Shown here in pieces: positions 1 through 13,671 of a stretch of 64,000 nucleotides of DNA. Position numbers and translations under genes: made by a program. The notes under the pieces are model-generated. The model was given only the letters and a program-made list of their open reading frames with translations. It searched no databases and had not been told where the DNA came from. Source of the DNA: Octopus vulgaris (taxonomy: Eukaryota); the NCBI GenBank assembly GCA_951406725.2, contig OX597818.1:1364001-1428000 (forward strand). The letters run 5' to 3'. The stretch's first letter is position 1; each line of letters begins with the position of its first letter.

Positions 1-215
1 TATATTTATATTCTCTTTTATATATATTCTACTTATTATACAACATTACTCTTTTATGTACACTTTTCTATGTACATTCCCTTATGTACACTGATTTGTT
101 CTGCTTTTTATATTTAACCCTACAGTCTCTTATGTGGTGGTTTAATAAAATATGTGATTGAGTATTATCTGGTAATTGATATTTGATTTAGATGTATTTC
201 TCCATTTTCTTATCT

Positions 216-278
<63 letters not shown>

Positions 279-281
<3 letters not shown>

Positions 282-1192
282 ATCAAATGCAAAAAACAAG
301 ACAAATCTCTAAAGAGACTACTAACAAATGCGAAGCTTTACAAGACAACCACGAAACCAACGGTTGAAAAATGTGGACGCCCAAAGTGTGGAACCTGCCC
401 CAACCTGCTTGAAGGCTCGGATTTCCTTTTCAAACAAGGACAGAGGTTCACAATTAAAACTAGTTTCACCTGTGCCTCTGAGAACCTGATTTATGTAATA
501 ACCTGCTCGGGTTGCGGACACCAGTACATTGGTTGGACAAACGAGTATGACCTTGAGAAAGAGAACCACTCTACATAAGGAGCAAATCCGTTTCCCACAA
601 TACATACAAATTCCTCTCAGGGAACATATAGAAAAATGTGCAGGTAACATCAAACCAAATTTCACAGTCTTCCCTTTCTACCAGTGCAAAGACGCAATCT
701 CTCAACTAGAACGTTTAAATAAACTTTTTTCATTGAAAAATACAAAACACGTCTTAATATGCACGCATAACCAACTTTTATATTTTTACATATTTCAATT
801 CACGATCACATTACAGTACATAAATCCCCTACTAAACAAGGTTTATGTTCTGTACACATATATAATCCCCACCCATTACCGAAAGCTGAACAGTTATCTC
901 CCTTACCCACAACAATAACAATAATAACGACAACCAATTACCTCCCTTTATGTATTTACTTGTGAAGTCATTCACTCTTGAATTTCATCACACACGACAT
1001 AGACCAAATTTCTTCTTAAGAAAAAATATATATTCAAGTAAGTAAAACATAATATCATGAATAGCGATAGCGAAACCGGTCGATATATTAAAAATTATAT
1101 TAAAACTATGTAAGTGTGCGTATTTTCCTTTTTTAATTTCTTATATACATTACAACTCACCACGTGGGGATAATCGAAATTCTTCTTTTCTG

Positions 1193-1194
<2 letters not shown>
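279..1194 (+). mobile_element. 5'-truncated Penelope-like element (Neptune-type linker, GIY-YIG, 3' terminal region), flanked by (TA)n on both sides
   Basis: Frameshifted ORFs read CGRPKCGTC...FTCASENLIYVITCSGCGHQYIG...LRKRTTLHKEQIRFP. Homologous to the element at 28.8-29.6 kb. Confidence 0.9.
1052..1086 (+). ncRNA. minimal hammerhead-like motif, variant core
   Basis: ATATC-ATGAATA-GC(GATA)GC-GAAACCGGTC-GATAT: stem I, a 2-bp stem II and palindromic stem III ACCGGT, in the Penelope 3' region. Confidence 0.55.
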
Positions 1195-1243
<49 letters not shown>

Positions 1244-1503
1244 CATATATAGTTTTAACTTATTCTCTAGCAATTTTATCCATACACTTATAATTTTGCA
1301 AGTCCTGTATATAATCATCACAACTACGATCAAGTCTCTATGTAGACATTCCACTTACAAGAAATAGTAGCGAAATCTTCCACAGATCAAAATCTACCAG
1401 TAAGAAACTGTAGATTTTTTCTATCCAAAATGGTTTCTCAACCCGATATTTACATATTTATAACTTTATATGTTCTTCGAGATACACTGTTCAAACACAC
1501 ACA

Positions 1504-1589
<86 letters not shown>

Positions 1590-2110
1590 CACAATGATAA
1601 AACAAATTGCGAACATGGTCATCAATTAAAACCTGATTCTTTGTTTTGTTTGTATTTTGTTGATTAAAATACCCTTATTTGTCTTAATTCTATATTTCCT
1701 TTGTAATGCAATACAAATTAGAATTTTCATATTATTTTAGGGAACATGTAAAATGGTTTAGAGTTGCAATTAATGAATGCAGCCCCTACGCGTAAAAGTT
1801 CATTGGTATCATGAATGTTACTTAAAGCTACATCTGGTGGCTAGAGCTGAGGAAAAACTATGCCGGAATTTATGGGTGGTCCTCGTTCTAAAGTGACCTG
1901 ATCCTCCCTGGGAGGTTTTCTCTCATGTTAAGAGGTTTTATATATTTTAGTATAGAGAATGAGATAGATAGATATACAAACATACATACATATATATATA
2001 TATATACATATACATACACACATACACACACATACATGTACGCAATATATATGTATGTTGTGCATATGCATGTATGTATGTATGCATATTTACAATTGTA
2101 TATATAGATA

Positions 2111-2278
2111 GATCGCTAGCCACTACAAATTCTTTATTTTCTCTCCTTGTTTCTTTCTGTGGAAGAGCGTAGGCTCGAAACGTTAAAGACTTTTTCACTT
2201 CCCGAGAGTTATACTAATACATCTGTTTGTTGTCAACACCACCTGTCTCCGTCTTTTGTTTTTTTGTGGATTCTCCCT
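2111..2278 (+). mobile_element. short Penelope-type 3'-terminal element with hammerhead-like motif (2152-2189)
   Basis: TCTTT-CTGTGGA-A-GAGC(GTAG)GCTC-GAAACGTT-AAAGA, ending in (TA)n. Relatives at 30490-30643, 31906-32041, 33600-33805 and 35470-35566. Confidence 0.6.
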
Positions 2279-2316
2279 ATATATATATATATATATAGTT
2301 AATCGAAACAAGAAAG

Positions 2317-2358
<42 letters not shown>

Positions 2359-2534
2359 GTACAAATATTCATAAGTGTGTTTAAAAAAGTGTAGTTAACG
2401 AAGTTCCTACTTACATATGATTATTTCCCCTGATACTTCTTCATAATTCTGTTGTTACGGTGGTTATTGATGGTGTTGCTAATTTGTTTATCTTTAATCC
2501 ACGAACATTTATCGATTATAAAATATATTTGTAA

Positions 2535-2690
2535 TAGACAAAATGCTTGGTGGCATTTCTTTCGGCTTTACATTCTGAGTGCAAATGCTGCCAAGGTCGG
2601 GATCGATAGTGTAAGTACCGATTGAGGACAGGTGTTGATGTAATCCACTAGTTTCTGGCTTGGTGTCGATAGTACAAGGAATTATCAATT
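2535..2690 (+). mobile_element. degraded tRNA-type SINE, family B
   Basis: Similar to 54828-55266 (aaatgctt...ttctgagt.caaat...aagtacc...gatgtaatc). Confidence 0.6.
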
Positions 2691-3471
2691 ATACTACTGT
2701 TAGTTTTGTATGTGGAGAGGGATAGGAAAAGTGGAGTGCCCAATTAAATGACTCACCATATTTAGTTAATTTAGGCATTAGCTGCTATATTTAGTGAAGT
2801 AAGTTTATGGTGTATGGTCAAAGATCTTTAGATCGACCTAATCTTTAATCATTCTGAGTATGATAAATTAGCCGTCTAGGTCGATCTTCTTCGGGTATTC
2901 CCTCCACCAGTTTTTCTTGCTTTTTCCTTTTGTTTATATTACAAATATATATTTTCTCAGAAGTGTTCTTTGTATTACAAAAGTGAATGTCCTGGAGGTC
3001 CTTAAACAGTACTCTTTACTATCCTCTATTTCTTTGAAAGTATTCTATGTGGTAGATGACCAAAAATCCGTAATGATATTTTCTCTAAGTTTGTATGTGA
3101 TAAGGTGAGTAAAGCAGTGTCAGTTCACTACCCGACATACAATAGTGAAGAATAGACTAATACATTGGGAGGTTTTACAATATAAAGTATTTTCGATATA
3201 TTTTACAATATATCGAAACAAAAATGGGGAGAAAGGATTAAAGGAAAGGTAAATGGTAAGACAGTAGGGAAGGGAAGTAATCAACAGCACTAAAACTTGG
3301 TTTCGTGACTAAGTTTGAAACAAATATTAAAAGAGAGACGCTATGATGTTTTCCATGAATTATTTTGGTCAATGCTCATGTCTAAGTCAGACAGTATACC
3401 ATATTGTTCATTTATTTATTAGTTATTAATTTATTATTACCACAACTTTGGATAGTATGGTGAAAGTTAGG

Positions 3472-3514
3472 CTTTCATTGATGAGGTCACAATATGGTCG
3501 AAACGTCACTGATG
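3472..3514 (+). ncRNA. hammerhead-like motif
   Basis: TTGATGA-GGTCA(CAATA)TGGTC-GAAACGTC. Stem II relies on G-U pairs and stem I is weak. Confidence 0.5.
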
Positions 3515-4333
3515 TTGTCTCCCTCACTTATTAAAACAACACTGAAGATATTAGTCATTGACAAATATTGGTTTTCCTCTCTTCACTATATATGTCTAGA
3601 TTTTTAATGGTCTCTGGAGTTAATATGTTAACAACTCGCCTCTTTCTTTGTTAACTCTGTTAACTAAATGGTGTTGATATTTAATCAGTATAACACGAAC
3701 TCTGCAAAAACCGGCAAATAGTAATTAGAATGAAATAACAGGCTTTTCACATTCAATTTATGACCATTGACAATCCTCTTTTAGCAATGTTACTTACACA
3801 CCAATAGTGTAAATAGTCGAGACAATAGCAACAAAACATCCACCAGGCATCTTATTTTCATAAACGCTTGCACAGCTGTCACCTGGAACAGCCTTCCACA
3901 TAAAATTTCATTGATTCTACATACTGAAACATTGAGGGGAAAAGGAGCAAAATTCTACTTATTTCTGATTTTTTTCTTTTTTTTTTAGCAGTAAAAAAAA
4001 ATGCAGTAAAACCGAGGAATTATTGAGATTTTCTCTGAAATTCAATTATTTATCCAATGTTTTAAACTGCTGTAAGTGTTGTTGTTGCTGTTGCTGTTGT
4101 TGTTGTTGTTGTTTAGTTCTATGTTCATACCAATCCAGAAAATATATAAAGGCCACGATTAAAAGGGATTAGATTTTTCTGTATGTTCTTCCTTTTTAGT
4201 TGTCTGATTTGATTTTTTTACAAGCAAAGCAACGACGTGTGTATGTGTATGTGTATGCGTCTGTCTATGTGTATGTATGTATGTATGTGTGTATATGCAT
4301 ATCTATCTATTTGTTTCTCTCTCTTTCTCTCTG

Positions 4334-4384
<51 letters not shown>

Positions 4385-4388
<4 letters not shown>

Positions 4389-4593
4389 TTGCAGCGTGGA
4401 AGGTTATATGTTTATAAGCCATTTAAAAACACACAAAAACCGTTATATTCACTTCAGCATTGAAATTTAATTTGGCAAAATATTTTCGTCGCTTTGAAAC
4501 CGCGACGTGTTCACTGACAAAATTCCGTGCACGGATGCACCGCGGAATTTTGTCAGTGAACAGGTCGCGGTCTCAAAGTGACGAAAATATTTT
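4385..4593. mobile_element. fold-back mini-element, family X, with inverted repeat 4477-4593
   Basis: Arms of about 50 bp (aaaatattttcgtcgc...gacaaaattccg / cggaattttgtc...gtgacgaaaatatttt). Same family at 29971-30032 and 34083-34419. Confidence 0.8.
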
Positions 4594-5017
4594 AGCTATG
4601 CAAGTACATCTCCATAGGTACGTAGCATTTGATAAATCGATTTTAGTGGAGGTTTACGCTGATGAAAGACATGGAATTTATATTTTATTATATTCCTAAT
4701 CTAGAAACGCGTTAGTAAATAACCGTTAGACTTTGTTTTCGTTATTTCTTCCTTCTGTTTTGCATATGTGAATTACAGGGATATGTCGTATGTGGAGTCT
4801 CATTAGTAGAAAATAGAAATAAACAGTCCTTGACTGCTATTTCTAATTTTTTCGGTATGTGGCTAAGCAACCTGTTGCCTGTCTCTTTTATTTATATACA
4901 AAATATATATTGAACTTTTATAGAACGTTGATGGTTATATTTACATGCCGAAATCTACCAGTAAATAATTGTTGGATTTTTAAAAACCATTAAAGCTATT
5001 ATTTACTCTTATTATAT
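4594..5017 (+). mobile_element. Penelope-type 3' terminal region, family Y
   Basis: Contains the hammerhead at 4652-4720. Segment 4740-4880 is similar to 36385-36530. Confidence 0.6.
4652..4720 (+). ncRNA. type I hammerhead ribozyme motif, canonical core
   Basis: GTTTAC-g-CTGATGA-[AGA..GGAAT..ATTCC..TCT]-GAAACGCGTTA-GTAAAT, with palindromic stem III AACGCGTT as in Penelope-associated hammerheads. Confidence 0.8.
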
Positions 5018-5018
5018 A

Positions 5019-5807
5019 CTAGCAGTATAGCCCGGCGTTGCCCGGGTATGTAAGAGGCCCTAGTAGGCAACGACTAATCCCAATCTAGTCCTTTCCCTCT
5101 AGGGAACGAAGGCGCATGTGTAAGTTGCAATGTCTTCTCTTCACTCACAAATAACTATCAAACAGCTATCGATAATTCAACCCAACCAATTCCTACCAGG
5201 AAGGAATTACTTTCGAGACTTTACCCCCAACATCGCCACTTCTGCTAATAGCTGCTGCAGCCGCAAGTTATTCGAATACTTTTTTTGTTTAAACTTTCTT
5301 TATAACTACCACCCCAAAAGTTTTACTTTAAATTTTTGACGTACCCTAAGGGTCCTCCAACGCTACTTGCAAACTCTTGGTTTATTATAAACCGCTTTTG
5401 TCGTGTGCACCAAAAAACCTTTTCCATTCGTTTGTTCAGTTTGGTCACTTTTGACTTTTTCGTTGTTGTCACTCACATTGCTGCCCGCTTTGTTGCCGTT
5501 TTTGTACATTTTTATACATTTTGGGATACTTACCCACGTGTTCCGAGAGTTAAAAAGGTCGAGTTGCGTCCCCTAGACAGTCTGTAGAAAATGTGTTACG
5601 TATAAAAAGCTTAGATTCTCGAGCCATGTCGAATTTATCGATTTTTTTTCAGAACTGGTGGAACTTTTCAAAATTTTCGCTGCGTTAGTTTTGAATTATG
5701 ACATTGGGCTACGTGTGTGTCAAGTTTCATCAGAATCGGTTGAAAGCCATGGTCAGGATGAGGGTACAACCTGACAGACACACAGACACACAGACAGACA
5801 AACTGCC

Positions 5808-5815
<8 letters not shown>
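5019..5815 (-). mobile_element. non-autonomous Helitron
   Basis: Minus-strand 3' end is CCCGGGCAACGCCGGG hairpin + CTATACTG + CTAG followed by T. The 5' part has a GTCT/GT repeat and runs into (TA)n. Confidence 0.8.
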
Positions 5816-5853
<38 letters not shown>

Positions 5854-5886
5854 GCCTGCTCGCTTAGCCAGCGGGGTGGCGTCATT

Positions 5887-6036
5887 GTTGTGTGCTAAGA
5901 AGATTGCCTCCCAATCACATTGTTCCGTGTTCAGCTCCGCTGCGTGACACCTTGGACAAGTGTCTTCTACTATGGCCTCGGGCTGACCAAAGCCTTGTGA
6001 GTGGATTTGGTAGACGGATACTGAAAGAAGCTCGTC

Positions 6037-6106
<70 letters not shown>

Positions 6107-6301
6107 ATATTTGTGTGTATGTGTTTGTTCCCCCAACATCGGTTGACAACCGATGTTGGTATGTTTACATCTCCGTAACTTAGGGATTGATAGAATAAAT
6201 ACTAGGCTTACAAAGAATAAGTTCTGGGGTCGATTTGTTCGACTAAAGGTAGTCCTCTATCATGGTTGCAGTCAAATGACTGAAAGAAGTAAAAGAAAAA
6301 G

Positions 6302-6302
<1 letters not shown>
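5887..6302 (+). mobile_element. tRNA-type SINE, family A
   Basis: Colinear with the full copy at 31128-31531, including the internal (TA)n. Confidence 0.85.
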
Positions 6303-6365
<63 letters not shown>

Positions 6366-6367
<2 letters not shown>

Positions 6368-6735
6368 TTTACTTCCACACACGCCAGCTTAATTTAATTC
6401 GTCCTTAGTCGAAAGACACGCGTTGTTATGTCTTGTTATTTGTATTTGTGTAACATTTCTGTTTTCTTTTCGTCCAGGTTTTCGTATACATTCGCTGCTT
6501 TCTTCCAAGGAATGTAATGCTCTTAGCTTATTTTTTCATTGGGGCTGGCCATTTTGGAGCAATCTCGAATATAACCAGCCGAAATTGCAAAGATAATCTG
6601 GAACTCGACTGAGGATAGAAAACTCCAAATTATCCGTCCTTGTTTTCCTTGTATCGTCTGTCTGGATATTTTGTTTTCCCTTTTTTTTTGTTTCACCTGT
6701 CTGGATGTTTCACGTCCTCGTCCCATTTTTGTATT
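6366..6735 (+). mobile_element. Penelope-type 3' terminal element, family Z
   Basis: Colinear with the minus strand of 44721-45185 and with 7868-8020. Ends at a TA run. Confidence 0.75.
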
Positions 6736-6748
6736 ATATATATCTCTT

Positions 6749-6962
6749 ATCTTCTATCTTTCACTTGTTTTATTCATTTGATAGCAGTCATACTGGGCAC
6801 CGACTTGGATACTTTTAGTCGAGTAATTCGACCCCACTACTTATTTTTTAAAGCCCAGTACTTATTCTGTCGGTTTTTCTGACGAATCACTAAATAACGG
6901 AGACATAAATACACCTCAATCCGTTATCAAACGAGGGGTGGAGAGGACAAACACAGACACAA
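6749..6962 (-). mobile_element. SINE family A, 3' half, degraded
   Basis: Similar to the reverse complement of 31335-31531. Confidence 0.7.
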
Positions 6963-7405
6963 AGGCTTATGCGCGCGCACATACACATATATTCAAGCTT
7001 TCAATTAATTCCGTACTTGTCAAACTTCGTTCTTCTAGTGTTCCATCTTTTATCTATTGTCTTATTAGCACCATTTTGTTATCTTTTGTTTGTTATCTTA
7101 TTACCACCACCACCACCACCACCATCAGCACCCCTACAAACACTACTGCCAATGACAGCAACATACGCTCTCGCGCACACACGCATGCACACATATAAGG
7201 ACAAATATATCATTGCTCATAAATAGGAATGTTGCTCTGACAATGAAAAATATGGTTTTGTTTTTGTTTCCTTTCCACTCAACAATAAAATGGAAAGTTT
7301 ATTAAAATAGATATCTCATTCATTTCAAATTATCCATATATAGATATATATATATAATATAAATAATTTCAGTTTCAATAAAATCTATAACCTCTACATA
7401 ACCTC

Positions 7406-7439
<34 letters not shown>

Positions 7440-7528
7440 TGTATGTATGTATGTATGTATGTATGTATGTATGTATGTATGTATGTATGTATGTATGTAT
7501 GTATGTATGTATGTGTATATATATATAC

Positions 7529-7763
7529 ACAACTTATAAACAAAGGCAAAAGAAAAATTATAAATCGTCAATTTCCACATCATTATACACTCACTATAAA
7601 TACACGCCGTGCTATCATTGGGGAAGCATATTGGCATGGAAATAATTTTTCTTTTGCCCTTGTTTATAAGTTGTTTATAATTTTAGCCTTTAAAGGTATT
7701 TTGATATGCTGCCACTTTTTGATGAAATTTCTTTCTGAAAAAAATTTCATCCTATATTAGTAA
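7529..7763 (+). mobile_element. fold-back mini-element, family W
   Basis: Inverted arms 7529-7561 and 7642-7674. Shares its 3' end (ttcatcctatattagta) with 33191-33552. Confidence 0.75.
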
Positions 7764-7867
7764 TAGATTTATTACCATTCACTTAGGGACTGGCAACCAC
7801 TGTGGTTTGGAATAGTTCACCTGTGTGCTGAGGCTGGCTAAAGGATTTTGCATTTAGATATAACTAT

Positions 7868-8020
7868 CGTATACATTCGATGCTTTTTTTCAAGGAATCT
7901 AATGCTCTTAGCTTAGTTTTTCCTTGGAGCTGGCCAGATTGGAGCAATCTCAAGATTAATCAGCCGAAATTGCGAGGATGATCCGATTCTTGACTGAGGA
8001 TAAAAGGCTTCGAATGACCC
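7868..8020 (+). mobile_element. family Z fragment
   Basis: Close match to the reverse complement of 44814-44965. Confidence 0.75.
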
Positions 8021-8340
8021 GGAAATTAACGGAAACATGAACGGAAACAAGAACGGAAACAAAAACGAAACAACTAGAATCATACAAGTTCAACAGAACA
8101 CCTTTCGGCTATACAATAGAAGGGGTGAAATTGTACATATACGAATACAAATAAATAAGCAGAAAGAGTCTCTCGACTATCGGACGAATGTAACGTTATG
8201 AAATAATAATGCCAGTGCAACAGAAAAAGAAGCTTACTACGTTCATCTGATAGTCGAAAGACCCTCTTTTTTATTTATTTATGATTTAATTGTACAATTA
8301 TTTCCGTTTTTCTGTGTAGCCGAAAGACGTTTGTCCATTG

Positions 8341-8372
<32 letters not shown>

Positions 8373-8463
8373 TGTATGTATGTATGTATGTATGTATGTA
8401 TGCATGCTTGTATGTATGTATGTATTATGTATGTATGTATATATATATATATTATATACATGG

Positions 8464-8500
<37 letters not shown>

Positions 8501-9277
8501 GACCTACGTTTATCCTAAAGTTCAAGAAGAAAGCGAGACGAGGAGGGAGCAAAGTATATAGGTTTATTTTAGGCTTCATTGTTTTTGGCAGAATTCTAAG
8601 TTATCTTTCCTTTGAAGCCAGTTGGCGAAGATATTATTATAGTACGGGGATCTCAATAAAGGTGTAAGTAATTAACTTTGGAGAGATTTCTGGTTTCTGT
8701 GATTTTGAGACCTAATTTTCTAAAGGATATACCTAATCCATGATCACGGTGTAGATCAATACCATAGGTTGGGCTGGGGGCAACTTATATCTTAGGATAT
8801 CTAATACAGAGTGACCAACTAGATCACATCAGCACAGTCATACGAACCCATCAGTTCTTCAAGTTCAGATCTTTTTACCCACACTGAGCCCTAAAAAGGA
8901 GAGTGTTGTGCATATGCATGATAAAGTTCTGCGTAGCCAATGGCAATGTTTTCTGGCGAACTTAAATACATTAAATTACATATGTCGGTCTCGATATCGA
9001 GAATATCATCGACAACTATTGAATCACCATTTATAAATAACACTCGTCTGCATGATTTTTTTTTATTGGCTGCATGGTATCTTTTTCTGAATATGTATGA
9101 AAAATAATGAGCCATTGTGTTTTTTATTCTTTTCTATCAAATCAGGTTTTCACGTTATAGGGAGAAGTTACTTTTCTCTTTTTGTATAACACAAGTAAAT
9201 GATAAATTAAAATGCTTACCTTATATTGACTTAAATGTTAAATCTAATATATTTTTCTTTATTTTCAGTCTGTGAAT

Positions 9278-10879
9278 ATGTCAAGAGGCTGCATCAATTC
9301 ACCAGATATATTCTACTATATCTGCAGGGAATTCACCCCTTCAGATTCACGGAGCAATATTACTCCTTTTTTGAAGCGCTGCTATTTAGCTTATTTTGGC
9401 TGCAAACTGGGAAACTAGGACAAGCCATTTGCGCCTCACAAAGCTTGCAGGAGTTGCATCAGTATGCTTCAAATACGGCTAGTTGGAAAACTTAAATGTA
9501 TGCCCTTTGGAGTACCAATGGTATGGCAGGAGCAAATGAACCACTATGATAACTGCTACTTTTGTATGACTAAAGGAGCTGGATTCAACAAGAAGACTAA
9601 AGATCGCATAATATACCCAAATATTCCTTCAGCAATAAAGACTTTTCCACACTCAGATGATATTCCTGCACCTGTGCCACCTGAGGCAGGGGAAATTTCA
9701 TCAGAGTCTGATGCTAGTGATACTAATGAGAAGGAAGTAGACTATGACCCACCAACAAATGATGATCCCAAATTCTTCAACTAAGTTGAGCTCAATGGCT
9801 TGGTCAGAGACCTTAACATTCCAAAAGAAAGTACACAGTTACTTGGTTCTAGACTGCAGGAACACAAGCTTCTATCTCCTGGAACAACATTCGCTTGGTA
9901 CCATCATCGTGAAGCGGAATTCACTGAGTTCTTTTAAGAAGATTCTTTAGTTTTCTGTTCAAATATTTCTGGCCTTATTGAACACATGGGGATGTCGTAC
10001 AAAGCAGATAAATTTATGCTCTTGATTGATTCTTCTAACAGAAATTTAAAGGCTATTCTACTCTATAATGGCAACACATCTGCATCTGTGCCAACTGGTC
10101 ACAAAGTCCAAATGCCAGAAACTTATGAAAATATGAAGAGAGTAATAACTGCAACCAAGTACCATAATCACAATTTTCTCATTTAAAAGTTATTGCTCTC
10201 CAACCAGGTCTTCAACTAAGTATCCCTGTTTTATGTATCTTTGAGATAGTAGGGTAGACAGTCAGCACTATGAGCAAAAGACTGACCACCAAGAACCAGC
10301 TTCTTACTCGGAAATCACAACGTGAAAGCTGTGCCACTAGTTGACCCCCCAAAAATTCTGCTGCCACCACTCCACATCAAATTAGGGCTTATGAAAAATT
10401 TTGCGAAGGCCCTGAAGAAGAATGGAGCTGAAAACAAAGTTTCCTCAAGGCAAGCTAAAAGCAGGAATCTTTGTTGGTCCTCAGATTCGGGAATTGATGA
10501 GAGACAAGGATTTTGAGGAAGCATTAGCAGGTGTCGGAGTCAATGCCTAGTTTTCCTTCAAGAAGATTGTCTAGAGCTTCTTGGGAAACAACCTCTCCAC
10601 AGAATATGAAAAAATGATGCTTGATCTGATATCAAGATTCTTACATCTTGGGTCTAGAATGAGTGTGAAGATGCACTTTTTGCACGCGTCTTGATTATTT
10701 TCCTAAGAATTGTGGGGACTACAATGAGGAACAAGGAGAGCGGTTCCATCAAGACATTTACACCATGGAAACCAGATACCAGGGCAAATGGAATGTCAGC
10801 ATGATGGCGGATTACTACTGGTCATTGAAACGTGATGGTCCCGATGTATAGCACAATCGAAAATTTGAATCAATATGTA
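9278..10879 (+). pseudogene. decayed Chapaev3-like (CMC/Transib-related) transposase
   Basis: MSRGCINSPD..YIC...AYFGCKLG..DKPFAPHKACRSC, MPFGVPMVW...DNCYFC, PLVDPPKILLPPLHIKLGLMKNF, EEQGERFHQDI..METRYQGKW...MMADYYW. Many stops and frameshifts. Subfamily assigned from recalled motifs. Confidence 0.8.
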
Positions 10880-11804
10880 GGTTAATCATTAGGTACATAT
10901 TTTTTACATTCATTTGGTTTGATGTTGACAATTCGGATTCATTTCGTGATGAATGTGGTTCATTTCATGTTGATTTGGAAAACATATGTTCTTAAAACTA
11001 ACAGAATGTGCTTTTCTTTGATTACTTGCTTCATTTAAATTAAGTAACAATTTATTAAAAATTCACATTTTATATTATTATCAATTTGTATTTTATTAAA
11101 CATCCTTATGTGACAGAACAAAATGGTTCAACTGTTTCATTAATTTCGCATATTATATAGCTTCATATTCTCCCTCAAACTGTTTTTCTTGCTTACTGTC
11201 TCTCTCTCTCTCTTTCTCTCTCTCTTCTCTACTTCTCGACATATACATATTATTAGGCTTCTGTTCAAATAGTGGTTGTAGGAATCATTAACAAATTAAT
11301 TAGAAACAACTGTGTGATGAGAAAAAAACATTATTAGCCAATAACTAATATTAATTTAGTTATTTGACCAAATGCGGGAGACAACTCCAGGTATGTTTCA
11401 CCTTGATTATAACTTCATGAATGAAACCTGGATTCCACCGTATTTGCTGACGTAGTGATTGGAGCATGAATAAGTAAATGTATAACACTTTACACTGGTT
11501 TCTATAGAAAGCATCTAACAAAATCCAAAATTGACGTTGCTACAAAGAAACCCATTATGAATACTAGGTATTTTCCTATGGCTTTATTAGAGAAACTAGG
11601 ATTGCACCCGTGTGTTTTAACATGATTCCGCCACCCGGAGGGTAACGAGGAAAAGGGAAGGCTCTAATATTCCTGACCGGAAACATGATCTGAAAGTTTG
11701 TAACAGAATTTACTCTATCAAATGGACTAATCGGTGGTGAGGTTGTATTCTAAGCAAGGAGACATAAGATCTACAATCCAACTACAAACAGCAAAATTTT
11801 CTCA

Positions 11805-11949
11805 CAAGTTTTTGTCTACCCAGTTTCACTAACAAAACTTTGGTCGTTCTGAGGCTACAGCAGAAAATACCTAAGGTGCCGTGTTGTAGATTGAACTCGC
11901 AACCACATAGCTGAGAAGCAAACCCTTTAATCTGCCGCCATATCTGCAC
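11805..11949 (-). mobile_element. SINE family A, 5' part, degraded
   Basis: Similar to the reverse complement of 31128-31275. Confidence 0.6.
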
Positions 11950-12749
11950 ACAAAGCTATGACTTACATCAGTAAAGAAACGTAAAACTGAGAGAATTATG
12001 TTATTGTTGTTATAATAAATATAAAACCAAATCTTTACATGCCAAAACGAAAGTTCTTTAACATGTTTAGAATTGCTTTCTCTTTTATATATATTTGAAG
12101 TACAACTCATGCTAAATGAAGCATTTCCTAAGGGATCACTTTCACATTCTATAAATCGTGGTTATGTAAGCAGACTAGAAATGCATGGAACAGATAAAAA
12201 AAAAAGAAAAACGAACATGAAACTACATATTCTACATTTCATGCATAAAGAAACTGGTGGAATATGATTCTTCCAGTTCTACATTTTTTTGTTATGGATG
12301 ATGTTCACCCTTCAATCATGGAAACGATGAATATATAAAATAAAAGATTATATTACAACTGGACCATGTGGAAAGGATGAAAGACGGCTGCTGTATTTTA
12401 TTTCTATGGACCCCACTCCTTTTTCACCTGCACATCCAAAATGAATAATAATTCATAAATGTTTCTAACATAGGTACGCGTCCTGAAATTTAGAAGGAAG
12501 GGGTTCACCAATTAAATTTACCTCAGTTGTTGATTAACTTTTCAATTTATTGATCCTCGAGGGATGAAAATTGATCTTGGCAGGATCGTGATCTGGAACT
12601 CGAGATGATTGAAAACGGAGATGAGATTGTCATGGATGTAACGTTTTTGATTACATGTTTGTTGCTTAATTCCAGGACCAACATGGATCACAAGAGTCTA
12701 TTATGATGATAATAATGATAACGATAACAACAACAACAATAATCTCTCT

Positions 12750-12938
12750 CTACTATATGCACAAGGTCTGAAATTTGGAGGAGGGGGATAGTCAATTTCA
12801 TCGACCAGTGTTTCATTGGTACTTAAGGATGAAAAGCAAAGCCGACCTCATGGGAATTTGAACTCAGAGCATAAAGACAGATGACATGTTGCTAAGCATT
12901 TTGCCCAGCGTGCTAACAATTCTGTCTGCTTACCACCT
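12750..12938 (-). mobile_element. SINE family B
   Basis: Reverse complement matches 55057-55266. Confidence 0.75.
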
Positions 12939-13090
<152 letters not shown>

Positions 13091-13091
13091 A

Positions 13092-13646
13092 TGCCCTGAT
13101 GCAGTACCAGGCAGTGGCTCTCATGGCTTCTGATCTTAACTGATTGGAAGTGTTATCATGTACATTGTTTTGTCTTGGTATAAAAGATGGGCTACAGCAA
13201 ATATTCTGCTCAATACCACAGATTTGCTTGTCAGTTGTTTTACCTTAACCAGTTGAGCATGTCACTTAGTGGCTGACGATATGTGCATCTCTGATCACGA
13301 GCAGAAGTAGTGGGGGAGCATCATAGCCATGTGTTGAGAGGGATCCTTTGGGGTTTGAATAATTCACCTCTGGAAACATGGGTGGTTCTTTCAACATCCT
13401 TAAACAACCCTTATTCAGGGACCTTTTGAGCGGGATGGGCTACTCAACCTGAAGAAAATTCTAACTGGGCCCCACCTGCAAGGTCATGTGCTGTTTATCT
13501 TGATATGAGATCACCATGTCACGCACATATGGTTGTGATGCATGTGCCTGGTGTGCCCTTATCAGACGGGTAGTCATGATGGGTATATTGGGCTTCGTAT
13601 ATTTTACCCCAGTGTCACTTTGATGGCATGAACTGCTCTCGCACTC
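13092..13646 (+). mobile_element. 555-bp non-coding (TAA)n-embedded element, copy 1
   Basis: Near-identical to 22477-23032 and 23178-23732. TAA tracts on both sides and no listed ORF. Confidence 0.85.
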
Positions 13647-13671
13647 AATAATAATAATAACAATAATAATA

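Noticed and set aside
8494-8545. Minus-strand AAACGTAGGTC hammerhead-like tail next to (TA)n
   Set aside because: Core and stem II are not recognisable.
11390-11720. Possible RTE-like remnant
   Set aside because: Too decayed to support by eye.
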